Of a stretch of DNA of 64,000 nucleotides, positions 1-14,450 are shown piece by piece. This DNA is from Gnetum montanum. Its lineage: Eukaryota > Plantae > Gnetophyta. Position 1 is the first letter of the stretch. Every line of letters begins with the position of its first letter. The position numbers and the translations under genes were made by a program. Location of the stretch: contig MNCI01001365.1 in the NCBI GenBank assembly GCA_015680685.1, forward strand, positions 291,054 through 355,053, in the 5' to 3' direction. Under the pieces are notes generated by a model, which was given only the letters and a program-made list of their open reading frames with translations, did no database searches and had not been told where the DNA came from.

Positions 1-2344
1 CAAATACTTACTTATTCATACCTTAAATTGCTCATGGGAGATTCTCACTTTTGAAGTCTTAGAGGATATTTCTCCTTAGAAAGAGGTTTTCTCTTTCTTG
101 ATGCTTGTCCCTTCTCAATAATTCTAGAGGTGCTCTTTAAAATTTCCTCTTTTTCTAAATCTCTATCTTCTTTTATTTTCTTCTAAGGTTCCTCAATGTT
201 GTTAAACACAGAGGATCATACCTCTTCCCTAGTCTTTGATGCTAATATCAAAGAAACATCACTTCTAATGCTATAAGTTGACATTAGACTTCCTAAGAAT
301 TTACATAGTGGAGGTTTGATGTTTACTTTTGAAGTAATGTTCAACTACTTCTCTCCTCCATGGGAAAATAATATTTCCATTCTATTTATTAGCTCATACT
401 AAAATCCAAAATTGAGTTGCTTGCTCCCTTTCTTCCTTTTTACCTTTTGGTCCTCTTAGGATAGCTTCTCCATTTCTTCCACTATCATTTAATAAATTAC
501 TTCCTTGGATCATTGTCATATATAGCCCATACAACAGCCTAGGATCTAGCTCCCATTTCTATCCTATCCTATAGGAGAAGAGTCTTTCAATGAATAAAGG
601 AAATAACTTTTTAAAATTCTCATTACTTTATTGACATTAATGATGATCCTCTTATCTAAACCAATCCATTCTTTTACAATTAATAGTTTTTTTAAATCCA
701 ACTTTGAATTATCAATATTTATTCCTTGCTCTAGGAATCCAAACCAATACCTTAGTGTAGTTGGATCTCAAATGATAATCACTTGCTTCTGGTGTACACA
801 TATGAAAAAAACTACTTTAGCTACAAAACAACCTTTTATTAAACCTACACACTTTGTTGCACTAGGGTAGGGATTCTTTAATTCTAAAGAACATAAAATT
901 TCTACCCTATCAAACTTTCCAAAATATCTTGCATCTTCTTTCTTGAAAAGTCACTTTTGGGTGCTTTCTGTGTTACTAGCATATCTCATCTCATATTCTT
1001 CTGCCACTTCTATGACATAAATAAACTTGACATAACTTATGCTTATTTGAGCTATGAGTAAGCATAAACCATTGTCAACTAATTCTATCTTCTAACTTCT
1101 AAAAATAATAAAAATACATAAATTTTGATCAATTTTTACTTACCCTTTAGCCTCAAGATGATTCTTGACCCTTTTGGCCACTCTACATTTTTTTCATGGA
1201 CTTCATTCTATCATGGATGATGCCACCTTTGATTTTTGTACTTGTTTCAAAACTTGTGTAGGCTTAACTCTTTTTACTATGTATCAAAATGTAACATAAT
1301 CGAAGGTTTCCAATTTTAATGGTGGGAGAGATCTCACAATAAGTTCTATAAGAATGTTAGATAATCAAGAGTCTACATGTCCTAATCATTTAATCTACAT
1401 ATAATAAATCTTCAAGATTAGTTTCTTTTAGGTAATAAAAAGATAACTTTCTTTTAACTTTCAAGCTTCTAACTTGTCTTTCAACAAAAATCCAAGAGCC
1501 TGGTGGGTTAGCCATTTCCCTAGAAATTTGGATTTTCAATAGCAATATGCTATTGACACTAAATTATTGATATTTTTCTCTCTCACATCTTGTGCAAGAA
1601 TTTCCTATACATTAGGACATCCTTGGACAACTCCTTGATATCTGATCATAGCTTATAGATTATTTCTATGAGCTTAGGAGGAAATTTACGAAGGATTGTC
1701 TCTAGAGCCTAGAGAATTATTTATTCACCCAGCTTGGTCCAAATTACCATGTGGAAGTGGATGATGAAGAACTTAAAAAATTCTATAGCTTTCTTCCTTG
1801 CCCATAGTTTAGATGGCACCAACATGTTGTCTTCCAAAAGGAACTTTCTTATAATTAGTGTTGACTTTCTCCACTTGTTCTCTTAGATGCTTCTTTTATT
1901 TGTGAGAAAGAAGTGCATAAGCTCAGACACAAGGAGCCTAGGTGCTATGACATCACTAAAATGAAAAAAATATTTTTTTTATGTTAGAAGCATAGTCTCA
2001 AATCAAGATGCAAACTAAAATGACAAAACATCCTCAAATCACATTGATCTCATGTTGAAACTACCTTGAGCTTTCTACATGATATGTCATCTTCTAGCTC
2101 ATGAATTTGACATTGTAGGTTATGTAGGTTGAGAACATAACTTTAACATAGGGCAACAATTTTTTACTTAGGACTTAGGTGTTTGGAAAAAAAAAATCTA
2201 TGTCAAAGCCTTTCCCTTTTCTATGTATTATAGTTTTTACATTTCACATTGATATAAATTGATGCGAAACATCAAAATTAAAATAAGAAATTTGATGAAA
2301 ACATCTATCCCAACTCTAACATTTTACATCAATTTCTTTGATGT

Positions 2345-4568
2345 TGTAACACCCCACCCTAGCTAGGGTAGGGTGATGCCTATGATCAAGTAATCATAGA
2401 ACAGAAGCATGATAACTAAAACCAATGATGTGTAGAATACATTATATTAAGGTCAAAAAATACATAAATTTCCAACCACATCAAAAATTCAACATACATA
2501 TCACTTTATAAAAATGCATGTTGCTACATAAAGCACACTATGAAAAACTCTACTAAATTACAAAAACACATAAACATCATCCTCATATATATACAATGAT
2601 ATCTAGTCCATACTACTGTACATGAACATATACATTAACCAAGCGCTAAAGATTTTCCATCCTCTACTCTCCCTCTCTATGCTTGTTTAGGCTCATACAC
2701 ATTTCACCTATAATTAAATTAATTCAATACAAAATTGAGTGGGAAGCCTTTACACTTCCCTTGCTCGATGGTTGACAAGTGCTGCACTAGAGGAGAGGAG
2801 TGGGGTACAAGGCAACTTACAACAACTATTAGTCTTACACATGCTCAAAACAACACACACCATAGCATCCATAATGCTAATCTACTATTATAAAATCATA
2901 GATAAAGCCACGGTCCGACACCATCTATCATTCCCATATCATCATACACAGGATCCACACAATCATAATCCAATCAGAATACATATCATCATCAATGTAA
3001 CTCGCAAACCAATACTATCATATACATAGACCATGTGGTTACTAGCATATTTTCACTTAGTTTAGCATGTGAAACATTGCCATGAGTACTCATAATAGCC
3101 ATTGGCTACAAGTATTTTATTAGTCTTTATTTATCTAACCAGTGCTAAGGTTCATCAATGTGTGACCTGCAATCACTAGCCTTCTGGAGGACTGGCACTA
3201 GGGATGAACACACCTATGCCATGTACCAACCGTAGGGATGAACACACCTATGCTCTCCCACTTTCAAGATGAGGCCTGAGATAGGAGCCTCATCGGTGCA
3301 TCACTATGGGGGTCAATCCATATTACCTCTAGGGTGCCTCATCACCAACTAATCCACACCCTCATGCTAGCGCCACTTGCCAATGACCCTCACAAGCATG
3401 TACACATTCTAGCTAGCTTAAGCCAACATGTGTCATAGCATAACACACCCAACCAAACATAACCATACATCCCATATATATGTATAAACAATTTGTAACC
3501 AAAATCATACAATTTTAGGAAATGTGCAAAATAACATGCCTAAGCTGCTTTGAGCTCTCCTACCCACATGCCCCCATTGCATGATCATATATACTAATCT
3601 AACACAAAAGTACAGGGAAAAGGTAAAGATAGCCCACCAATTACAATTGTTCGGCAAAATGGTTGAAATAAGTAGAAAATCCTCAAAAATTTGGTAGGAC
3701 TCCATTTTGCTCCCAACAGGTTCTGCACCTACATAGATATGACCATAGCAATCCAAAATCTAGATTTAAAGTAAGTAAAAACCATCTAGAAAGCTCAAAA
3801 TTCAGAAAAATGTGGCATAAAAGAAGAGAGAAGAAAGAAAAACAAAAGAAAATAAGATCATGTGCATTTTTCTTTATGCAAAAACAAAAGAAATAGAAAA
3901 ACTAGATTTTTTTGGGTGGTGGAGAAAAGAAATAAAAAAAATAAGGAGAAAATAACACTATGGTGTTAAGCATATGTTTAAAATAATATACATACATCCT
4001 TTGTTTTTCTTCCTTCACGCACTTCACATGCAAACAGATGTTACTCTTACTTTTTGATTTTTAACTTTATTTTATTGTATTTTTTATGTCATTTTGATAA
4101 GCCAATATATTTTTCTCCTCTGCAACTAATGCGGTAAAATTTAATAATGTATAATAAACACATGGGGACTTCAAATCAAAATCTATTTGAACCTATGAGA
4201 TCCTTATCATACGCACTACACATTCACATGCCAAAATCATACTCAAACATCATGAAACATAGTGCTATAATAAAAATGCCTAAATATCAAAATTGCACAT
4301 AAAGCATAAAGACATACCAGATTGGTGTTCTTGTACCCCAATCAAACATCCCCACCAACAATATCACCTGTCTAACACATCACACAAGGCTAGTGTACAT
4401 AATCACATTAGTTAAGCATGTAAAGAGATCATAATAGTAACATAAAGATGAAGCCTCATAACATATAAAATACATTAACTTGTCCCCAATAACCCATCGG
4501 GACTCCACATGTAATGGCTAAATCATAAGCATATGGACATACCTACTATCTTTGGATGGGATGTAACA
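2345..4568 (-). repeat. 3' LTR of Tekay-like element
   Basis: Colinear with 9131-11808 apart from a ~430-bp deletion. Abuts PPT (AAGGAGGGGAGAG on -, ~4569-4581). Confidence 0.93.
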
Positions 4569-4599
4569 CTCTCCCCTCCTTGAGAATCTTCCTTCTAGA

Positions 4600-7500
4600 A
4601 GATCCTAGGATGAGCTACACGCATCTTAGTTTCCACCTCCCAAGTGGGCTCTAAAGTTCCATGTCTACTTCATAAAATCTTGACCATAGGTATAACTTTA
4701 TTGCATAGCTATTGCAACATATAATCAACAATCTCTACTGGTTGCTCAACATAACTAACATCAGGCTAAAGTTATATCCCTGAATGGTTAATAACATGAT
4801 GTTCATTAGACACATAATTTCATAGCATAGATACATTAAATACATCATGGACATGTGCCAAATGAGAAGGTAATGCTATCTAATAGGCCACTTTCCCAAT
4901 TCACTGTAACACTTGAAATGGACCAATGTATCTAGGAGTCAATTTTCCTTTTCAGCCAAATCAAGTAAGGCCTGTCAAAGGAGAGACAGGAAGAAATACA
5001 TGGTCTTTGACTTCAAACTCTAGTCACCTTTGATGCCAATTGACATATGCTACTTGCCTATCCTGTGTAGCTTTCAATCTATCTTGGATCTCTTGAATCT
5101 GCTCTATAGTTTGCCTTACCAAATTTTTGCTCACCTGTTGATGATCTTCCATGGTATTCCAACATAAAGGTGTTCTACATGGCCTACCATATAAAATCTC
5201 ATACGGTGCTACCTGCAAACTCTCCTAATAACTATTATTATAAGCAAATTTAGCTCATGGTAGCATCTGATCCCAACCTTCTCTATACTGCAAAGCATAG
5301 TCTCTCAACATGTCTTCTAGAATTTGATTCACTTACTTAGTTTGACCATTAGTTTGTGGATGATATGCTAAACTTATATTTAGCTTTGTACCCATCTCCT
5401 TCTAAAATGCCTACCAAAAATGTGACATGAATCAAGCATCTCTATCTCTAATAATCCATCATGGCACACAATGCAATTTCACTATCTCTTCAAGAAAGAT
5501 ATGTGCAGTTTCTAGTGCACTTACTGATGATCGTGTGGCAAGGAAATGGAGTAGAATTTATCAACAAATCAACAACTACTAAGATAGCATCACGACCATT
5601 ACATGCTTGTAGAAAACCAACAATGAAATCCATACCAATGGCATCCCACTTTCATTAAGGAATATCATGGAAATGCAAATATCCCCCTAGGTCTTTGATG
5701 CTCTATCTTCACTTGTTGGCAAATTAAACAACAAGATACATACTCTCCTACATTCCTCTTCATGCCAGGCCACCAATACATCCATCGTAAGCTTTGGTAC
5801 ATTTTTTGACTTCCTAGATGCATTTGGTATTTGTTTATGTGGGCCTCATCCATCAAATGAATTTGTAGAGATTTTGGAACACATATTTGACCATCCCTCA
5901 GTAATACTCCATGACTATCTATAGAGAGTGGTCCATCAAAGGTAATCTGTTGTCTTAATGCTTGACACTAGGGATCATGGCGTTGTTGATCTTGTATCTA
6001 CTCTTGCAAATCTAATTGGATTATTAAGTTATTAAGCTTACTCACCATCATAATTAATGCATTTGCTACTTTGTTGATCTTGCTAGGCCTGTATTTAATA
6101 CTAAAATCAAAAACAATAAGCAACTCGACCCATCTACGTTGTCGCAAGTTTAACTATGACTAACTCATAAGATATTGTAGGCTCTTATGGTCAGTCCAAA
6201 TAGTCACATGATTCCCATGTAGGTAATGTTGCCAAATCTTCAAGGAGAAGATCACAACACCCAACTCTAGATCATGCACAAGATACCTAGTTTCATGTGG
6301 CCTCAATTGATGATATGCATAAGCCACAACCTATCCATCCTACATGAACACATAACCAAATACATCCCTTGAAGCATCAGTACTAACATCATATGGATGT
6401 CCTAGTGTAGGAGATATTAGCACTGGAGTAGTCATCAATCTATGCTTTTAACTCTTCAAATGAAGCTTGACAAGCTAGCCCCCAAGTAAAGTTAGTCTCC
6501 TTTCTCAACAATCAAGTTAAAAGAGATGCTATGTGAAACAAATGTTTCACAAACCTCCAGTAATATCCTACTAATCCCAAGAAGCATCATACATCCATAA
6601 CTAATTGTGGCCTTGGCCGATCATGAACAACTGCAATCTTTATAGGATCCATAGAGATACTAGCTCCTAACACCGCATGTCCTAAGAACTAAATCTTTGA
6701 TTGTAAAAATGAATACTTGGATGGTTGAGCATATAGTTGGTAGTCCCTTAAAGTTTGTAAAACCATTCACAAGTGCTCTGCATGCAATTGCTCATCAAGA
6801 GAATGTTATAAGATATCATATATGAACACAATCACAAATTGATTTAGGAAGGGCCACATCACATTGGTCATGAGGTGCATGAAAATGGTTGGTGCGTTTG
6901 TCAACCTAAAGGGTAGCACCAAAAACTCATAATGGCCATACCATGTTTTGAATGTTGTCTTTGACACATCTTGTTCACGAACCTACACTTGATGATACCC
7001 AAACTTGAGATCAATCTTTGAGAATACATGAGCTCCCCGAAGTTGATCCAACAAGTCATCAATGCATGGTAGAGGATATTGAGTTTTCACAGTCACTTGG
7101 TTGAGTTGCCTATAATCTATGTATAACCACAAACCCCCATATTTTTAACAAATAGCATTGGTGCATCCCATGGTGATAGACTAGATCAAATAAGGCCTTT
7201 ATCCAAGAATTCTTATAGCTAAATCTTTAGCTTTGCTAGCTTTATGGGAGACATCCTATGTGGAGCATTTGAAATAGGATCCATACCATGTTTAAGTTCA
7301 ATCTCAAACTCAATCTCTTACCTCAGTGGAAAACTTGATAATTTTGACTAGAATACATTAGAGAATTCATGAACCATAGGAATTTTCTCTATCTCCATGA
7401 GATCTAGTTTATAGATTGTAGCCACAAAGCATTCATGCCCTTTTTGAAGCATCCTACAATACATCCAAGAGGTGATCAAATCTAGGTGCATAATCCTTGA

Positions 7501-9054
7501 ACAAGTTTGTACCCCAATCAGAGCACCATCAACTAATTATAGTCATAGGAGCTTTTGCTGATAGTCCAAACTAGCATTGAACTGCAAAAACCAATCCATC
7601 CCCAATATTACATCATATACCCCAAGATCCATAACATGTAAATCATTAACCCATTATACATCTTCTAACTCTATTAGTGCATTCCTACACACCTGATCAA
7701 ATTGAGTTTCATGACCCCTAGTAGAAGATACTATCAACCTAGAAGAAAGAGAATAACATACAAGAGCTACATAATGTGCAACCCTAGGATCTATGAAAGA
7801 ATGGCTAGCACCTAGATCAAATGACATCAACATAGCAAAGCCCAAAATTGTACCTTTCGTCTCCATCATTGTGTTCAACTACACGTCCAAAGGCTAGTTT
7901 GTTAAGACATACACCTATCCTTGAGTCCTTTGGTCCCCTCCTCTAGGTTGAGTGACTAATTCTCCATGTTCACTCAAAAATGGAGGTTGTTGTCCTTAGC
8001 CTTTGCCTCCTCCACTACTACCTGCCTACTTTGGGCACTCCCAAGTTTGATGCCCTAGCTACCCACATGGAAAATAATTCTAGAAATCCCTTTGCAATTG
8101 ACTAAGCTATCCACATCTATAATAAACGATAGCTCCACACCCAACTCCAATAGTAGGATCATGAGTGGGTGTTGGACACTCTCCTCCATGGCCACAAGCT
8201 TGCTTAGAAGGGCCAAGCCTCTCTCCAGATGTCAATCCTCTCTTTTGCCCCTATTGCCTCTCTCTACGCATTGTATCTTCCTGCTGACTCCTCTCTAAAT
8301 CCATGGCTATTGCTCTAGCTTCATCATAGGAAGTCAATCTAAGAGGTAATAGGTGATTCTTCAAAGATGGTCTCAAACCTTAAACAAACATGTTCGCCTG
8401 TGCTTGAGCATCTATTTGCATCTAGGGTACATAACTACTTAGCTTAGAGAAATGAGCATCATACTCTGCCACAAACTAGCTACCTTGATACAAATGGTAG
8501 AACTCATCCTCCTTGGCCTATGCATATTGGGTAGACACATAAAGACCTCTGAAAGATGCTAGAAAATCATCCCATGCCACCTCTTGACTAGTCCATCCCT
8601 TAGCTTGCTATGTAGTTGTCCACCAACACCAGGTAGTACTAACTAACTAATAAACTACCAAGCAAGTCTGCTAAACCATTGAACAATCCATCAAATAAAA
8701 AGCCTTTTGGAATTCCTCCAACCATTCTATAGTCATAGTGGTATCCATAGTGCCATCAAATTTAGGAGGTCCTAATTTCTAGAACTACTCCACTAGTTCC
8801 CTATTGATAAGATGCCTGTTTGATTCTCCTAAGCATCAACTACCACTACCACTTTCCACTTCCCTGATCATGGGAATGTGAGCATCACTAGCTGCAACAT
8901 GCTACTGTAGGATCTATAATAATTATTGTATAAGCTCTAGTTGCCTATTTGCAGGACCACTACTAGATGTTTGAGGAGGCTACTCTTGTCCATCATTAGG
9001 CCCTTCTGGTCTACGAGCCCCACCAACATCATGACCATGCCTACTATACATCAT
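4600..9054 (-). pseudogene. Disrupted gag-pol of Tekay-like element (gag, protease, RT, RNase H, integrase, chromodomain)
   Basis: Protease FDLGASHSFI (ORF 7654-7878). [12 protein letters not shown] (~6810-6845). RH HDLELGVVIFSLKIWQHYLHG (~6220-6285). Integrase H2C2 (ORF 5665-5856) and PYEILYGRPCRTPLCW (ORF 5024-5218). Chromodomain VKIL*SRHGTLEPTWEVETKMR (~4620-4685). Many stops and frameshifts. Confidence 0.92.
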
Positions 9055-9130
9055 TGTAACCTGAAATCATAAACGGATGAGTACCCAAACCATCATACAA
9101 CATCAAAGTAAACTAGCTTCAATACCATAA

Positions 9131-11808
9131 TGTAACACCCCACCTAGCTAGGACAGGGTGATGTCTATGATCAAGTAATTGTAGAACAAAAGCATGATAA
9201 CTATAACCAATGATGTGTTGAAAACATTATATTAAGGCAAGTCAAGTGGTATAGAAATTTTTTACCACACCAAAAACTCAACATACATATCACTTTATAA
9301 AAATTCATGTCACTACATAAAGCACACTATGCACTACTTTGCTAAATTATAAAAACACATATGCATCATCCTCATATATATACAATAAAATCTAGTCCAC
9401 ACTATTGTACATGAACACATACATTAACCAATAATTAAAGATTTTCCCTCCTCCACTCTCCCTCTCCATGCTTTTCTAGGATCCTACACCTTTTACCTAT
9501 AATTAAGTTAGTACACAACTGAGTGGGAAGCCTTTACACTTCCCCTACTCGATGGTCAACAAGTGCTACACTAGAGGAGAGGAGTGGGGTACAAGGAAAC
9601 CTGCAACAACTATTAGTCTTACACATGCTCAAAACAACACACACCATAGCACCCATAATGCTAATATACTATTATACAATCATAAATAAAGACACAGTTT
9701 GACACCATCTATCATGCCCATATCATCATACATAGGATCCACACAATCATATCTAATCAGAATACATATCATCATCAATGTGACTCGTAAACTGATACTA
9801 TCATATACATAGCCCATATGGTTACTAGCATATCTGTGCTTAGTGTAAAATGTGAAATGTTCTCATGAGTACTCATATCAACCATTTCCTATAGGTCTTT
9901 TATTTATCCAACTGGTGCTAGGGTTTATCAACTTGTGACCTGCAATCACTAGCCTTTTGGAGGATTGGCGATAGGGATGAACACACCCATGCCATGTACT
10001 AACTATAGGGATGAACACACGAATGCTTTCCCACTCTTAGGATGAGGCCTAAGATAGGAGCCTCACTGATGCATCACATTAGGGATTAATCCATACTACC
10101 TCCAGGGTGCCTCATCACTAACCGATCCACACCCTCATGCTAGCATCGTCCACCAACAACCATCACAAGTGTTGTTGTGAAAACATGTATACATTCTAGC
10201 TAGCTTAAGCCAACACATGTCATAAGCACAACACACCTAAACAAACATAACCACGCATATCCATACCTAACAGTTACAATCATTCCATAAAAACAATACC
10301 GTGATTCAACAAAATATCATGAAGACTTCGATATGAAAAAACACTGCCATATTTCTCAATGGCATGTATTTCCAAATAAATGACCACTAGAATACCCTTC
10401 AAAATGATATATACCTAAAGAGAAAACTAAGCCCATGATTAGAGAGTACTTTTCAAAATGATCCCAATGATACTAATTTTACCTAAATTAGACTCCTCGA
10501 AGAAAAGTTATGCATGTTTAAAGTTTGATTAATAAACTAATATTTAAATAATATTTAATTACTACCCTAAAGGATTGGAACTGCCAAAGATGCTCACATC
10601 CCAATGGGCCCCGAAAATATAATATTCCTATCATACCAATTTCATCAACATCATATATCATATTCCACAAGACCACATCCTACCATACATCCCATATATA
10701 TTAATAAACAATTCATAACTGAAATCATAAAATTTTAAGAAATATACAAAATAACATGCCTAAGCTCAAACTTTGAGCTATCCACCCCACATGCCCCCAT
10801 TGCATGATCATATACACTATTCTAGCACAAAAATATAGGGAAAGGTAAAGATAGTTCACCAATTACAATGGTTGGGCAGAAATGCTGAAACAAGTAGAAA
10901 ATCCTCAAAAATTTGATAGGACTCTATTTCAGTCCCAACAAGTTCTACACCTATGTAGATATGACCACAACAATCCTAAATCTAGGTTCAGAGTAAGCAA
11001 AAACCATCCAAAAAGCTCAAAATTCAAAAAAATGTGGCATAAAAGAAGAGAGTAGAAAGAAAAATAGAAGAAAACAGGCTCCTATGCATTTGTATTTATG
11101 CAAAAATAAAAGAAACAGACAAAGTGGATTTTTTTGGGTGGTGGTGCAAAAGGGTGATGGAGAAAAGAAAGAAAAAAAATAAGGAGAAAACAACACTATG
11201 GTGTTAAGCATATGTTTAAGTAATATACATACATCCTTTGTTTTTCTTCCTTCACACACATCACGTGCAAATGAATGTTACTTTTACTTTTTGATTTTTA
11301 ACTTTATCTTATTGTATTTTTTTATATGTCATTTTCATAAGCCAATATCTTTTTCTCCTCCACAACTAATATGGTAAATTTTAATCATGTGTAACAAACA
11401 CATCGGAACTCCAAATCAAAATCTGTTTGAACCTATGAGATCCTTGTCATATACACTACACATTCACATGTCAAAATCATACTCAAACATCACACAACAT
11501 AGTGCTATAATAAAAATTATTAAATACTGAAATTGCACAAAAAGCATAAAGACATACTGGATAGGTGTTCTTGTATCCCAATCCAACACCCCCACTAGCA
11601 ATATCACCTATCTAACACATCATATAGGGCTAGTGTACATAATCACGTTAGCTAATCATGTAAAGAGATCATAATCGTAACATAAAGATGAAGCCTCATA
11701 ACATATAAAATACATTAACTCATCCTCAATAACCCACTAGGACTCCACATGTAATGGCTAAATCATAAGCGTATGACCATACCTATTGTCTCTGGATGGG
11801 ATGTAACA
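9131..11808 (-). repeat. 5' LTR of Tekay-like element
   Basis: TG...CA termini. Adjacent PBS TGGTATTGAAGC at 9116-9127 (-), a degenerate tRNA-iMet PBS (consensus TGGTATCAGAGC). Confidence 0.93.
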
Positions 11809-12039
11809 TATGTAGAGCATCACCCTATTTGATAATAATGTCTCATCCCCATGTTAAAATTCATGACATTTCATGTTTAAGAACACTTTTAACATGGGAT
11901 GTTGTATTATTTTATCTTCCCCAATACTTAGACACTTGGCAAAATTGCTCTTACATTGAAACCTCATGTCATGTTCATTCTGCATCGTGTTCTTTATTGT
12001 TACTTAGATCAAGTTCTACATTCTTGTGACAAGTTTAAC

Positions 12040-14450
12040 CTATGTATTAATCATAAAAAATGCATTTATGGGGTTCTTACAAGTAAGATGTTGGGCTACC
12101 TTATTTCTTAATATGATATAGCTATTGATCTTGATAAGGTTAAGATCATTTTGGATGTTGCATTACCTAAAAACATTCAATATATATATATATTATAGTT
12201 CATCTTCATTCAATTTACTACTTCATTTTCAACCTCACTGATTGCCTTCATCCTTTAATTGATTTGCTTTGTAAATATACTTCTTTCATTTTAGACTAGG
12301 AGTTCTAGAAGACCTTTGATTCTATCGAAGAAGTATTCACACTTCCTATTCTTCATCCTTCATAATTTAATCAACCTTTCTACTTCTGCCTTTCTAAATC
12401 TAATTATCTCATATCTGCCATGCTCTCTTAAATATGAGAAGATAGAGTTGATATTTTTGTATACTATATATCTCATCCTTTCTTAGACTATGAGACTAAA
12501 TACTTGGACATTAAAAAGTCTTACCTAAGTCTTATCTTCTTCCTAAAAAACTAGAGATATTATCTTCTCAATGCTAAGGTTTTTATGCTTACAAAGATAA
12601 TATCTTTAAAGTCATTGTTAACAACCCTTTTGACAATCATCGCTTAGCTCATTGAAAAATTCTTTTTCATTGAGTTTGATCTTTTTTTTCTATCTTAACA
12701 CTTAATCAAAGGTTAAGCTATGGATAATATCATAGTTTTCTCTGAAACAACCAACATTATTCACATCTTACATGTTGATGCTAAGGATTTGGATGCTATT
12801 CTTTACTTCACTGGAGCACACACATCCTTCAGATCTAGTGCATATTGTGTCCTTATCCTTTCTACAAAATAGGTTCTCTATCAGGATTACAAGCTTGATT
12901 TATCTTGTATAAATAACATAGCTGAATATGAGGTTCTAATACAAGGTCTATTACTAGCTTTGCAAAATTAAGTTAAAATTATTACTATCTATGATAACTA
13001 TCATATCATCATAAATCAAGTTAGTGGTGACTATGATTGCAAGGCTCCTCACTTAGTTTCTTATCAACAAATGGCTAAGGAGATGATCTTTTCTTTCTCT
13101 AATCATACTTTAAGCCACATCCCACATTTCAAGAACATGCTAGTCGATGCATTGGAAACCTTCGTTATCCATGGTGATCCTTTCGTTATGTAAGATCAAC
13201 TCATGTAATCTACTTTCTTGATACTTGCCACATAATCTCCCAATGTATTGGTATGTACTATTAATACAAAAGATGATAATCAACAATATGTTGATCTTCT
13301 TCATTATCTTATGACTAGAGAAACTCCTAGTCATCTCATGCTTGTTCAAAACGATGTTTTACAAATGTAGCTGAAATTTTTGATTAGTAAGTCTTGGTAT
13401 TTTTTTGAGTTTCTTCTATTGGTGTTCTTCTGCATTGTCCTAGTCTTGCAAAGTCTAAGATAGTTCTTAATTAGGTTTACATAGGAGTTTATGGAAAATA
13501 CTTAGGTTACTGCTTCATAGCTACTTGTATCATTTCTTTGGGCTATTAGTGTCTAGCCTTAGCTAGCGATGCTTATCAGCTAATTAAAATATGTAATACT
13601 TAGCACAGTCATGATTATCTTATCTATGTTTCTTCATAGAAACTTAACATGTCTTAGATCACATGCCCCTTTCAAAAATGAAATTTATATCTCTTTGATG
13701 CTATTAATTCTTCTTCATCTGTTGGACACCAATTTATTCTAACTGCTACATAATACTTCACTTAGTGGATAGAGGTTGTTCCTTTGTGTTCCACTAATTT
13801 CCACTTCATTTTTCATTTCATTCTTGATCACATAATAACTTGCTTTAGTGTACCTCTCTAGATTGTAATTGATAATTAACCTTAGTTCAAATGTAAGGAG
13901 GTAGTTAATTTTTGTTCTATGTATCACATCACTTAATCTTTTTTTATCATCCTACTACCCTTAGTTGAATGATCAAGTTGAGTTCACTAATAAAATTCTT
14001 ATTTGCTTTCTCCATACTATGGTAAATAAAATCCAATGCAATTGGTACATATAGCTATCCCATGTCCTCTAAGTGCATTTTATCACTTCTATATAGCTAT
14101 TGGTCGTATTCCCTATTTTCTAGCCTATGATTCTGAAAAAATCTTACCAACTAAGCTCTATATCTCATCTCTTTGTGTTTCTTTAAATGAATGGTATTTA
14201 GATCAGGACAACAATGGCATATTGAGTTGGATCTTCTCGAAGAATTTTGACAAGTTGCTCTTCAACACTTGCATGAATATCATATGGATATTTAGCATTG
14301 TTATTTTAGATATGTTTGAGTTAGAGAGATTCATGAAGGTGACCTGGTTCTTCATCATTTTTCAAAATTTAGAGATACAAAGTTATTCCCTAATTGGTAG
14401 GGTACTTTTTTGGTTGTTTAGTTTCTACCATTGGTGTATTGGCAATGTTC
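12040..14450 (+). pseudogene. Heavily decayed Ty3/Tat (Ogre/Retand-type) pol relic, order RT-RH-aRH-INT
   Basis: CIYGVLTSKMLGYLIS..IDLDKVKII (RT end, ~12061). Archaeal-type RNase H NNIAEYEVLIQGL..IINQVSGDY..HIPHFKN (~12910-13140). Integrase GHQFILTAT*YFT*WIE (~13724). No LTRs identified. Confidence 0.8.

Larger units (their letters stand above)
2345..11808 (-). mobile_element. Full-length degenerate Ty3/gypsy chromovirus (Tekay/Del-like) LTR retrotransposon
   Basis: Direct-repeat LTRs 2345-4568 and 9131-11808, both TGTAACACCCC...GGGATGTAACA. Flanks GATGT/TATGT (5-bp TSD, 1 mismatch). PBS and PPT on - strand. Domain order gag-PR-RT-RH-INT-chromodomain. Confidence 0.95.

Noticed and set aside
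1-2340. Purine-skewed minus-strand region that may be a decayed ORF
   Set aside because: I could not recognise any domain motif or termini; left unannotated.
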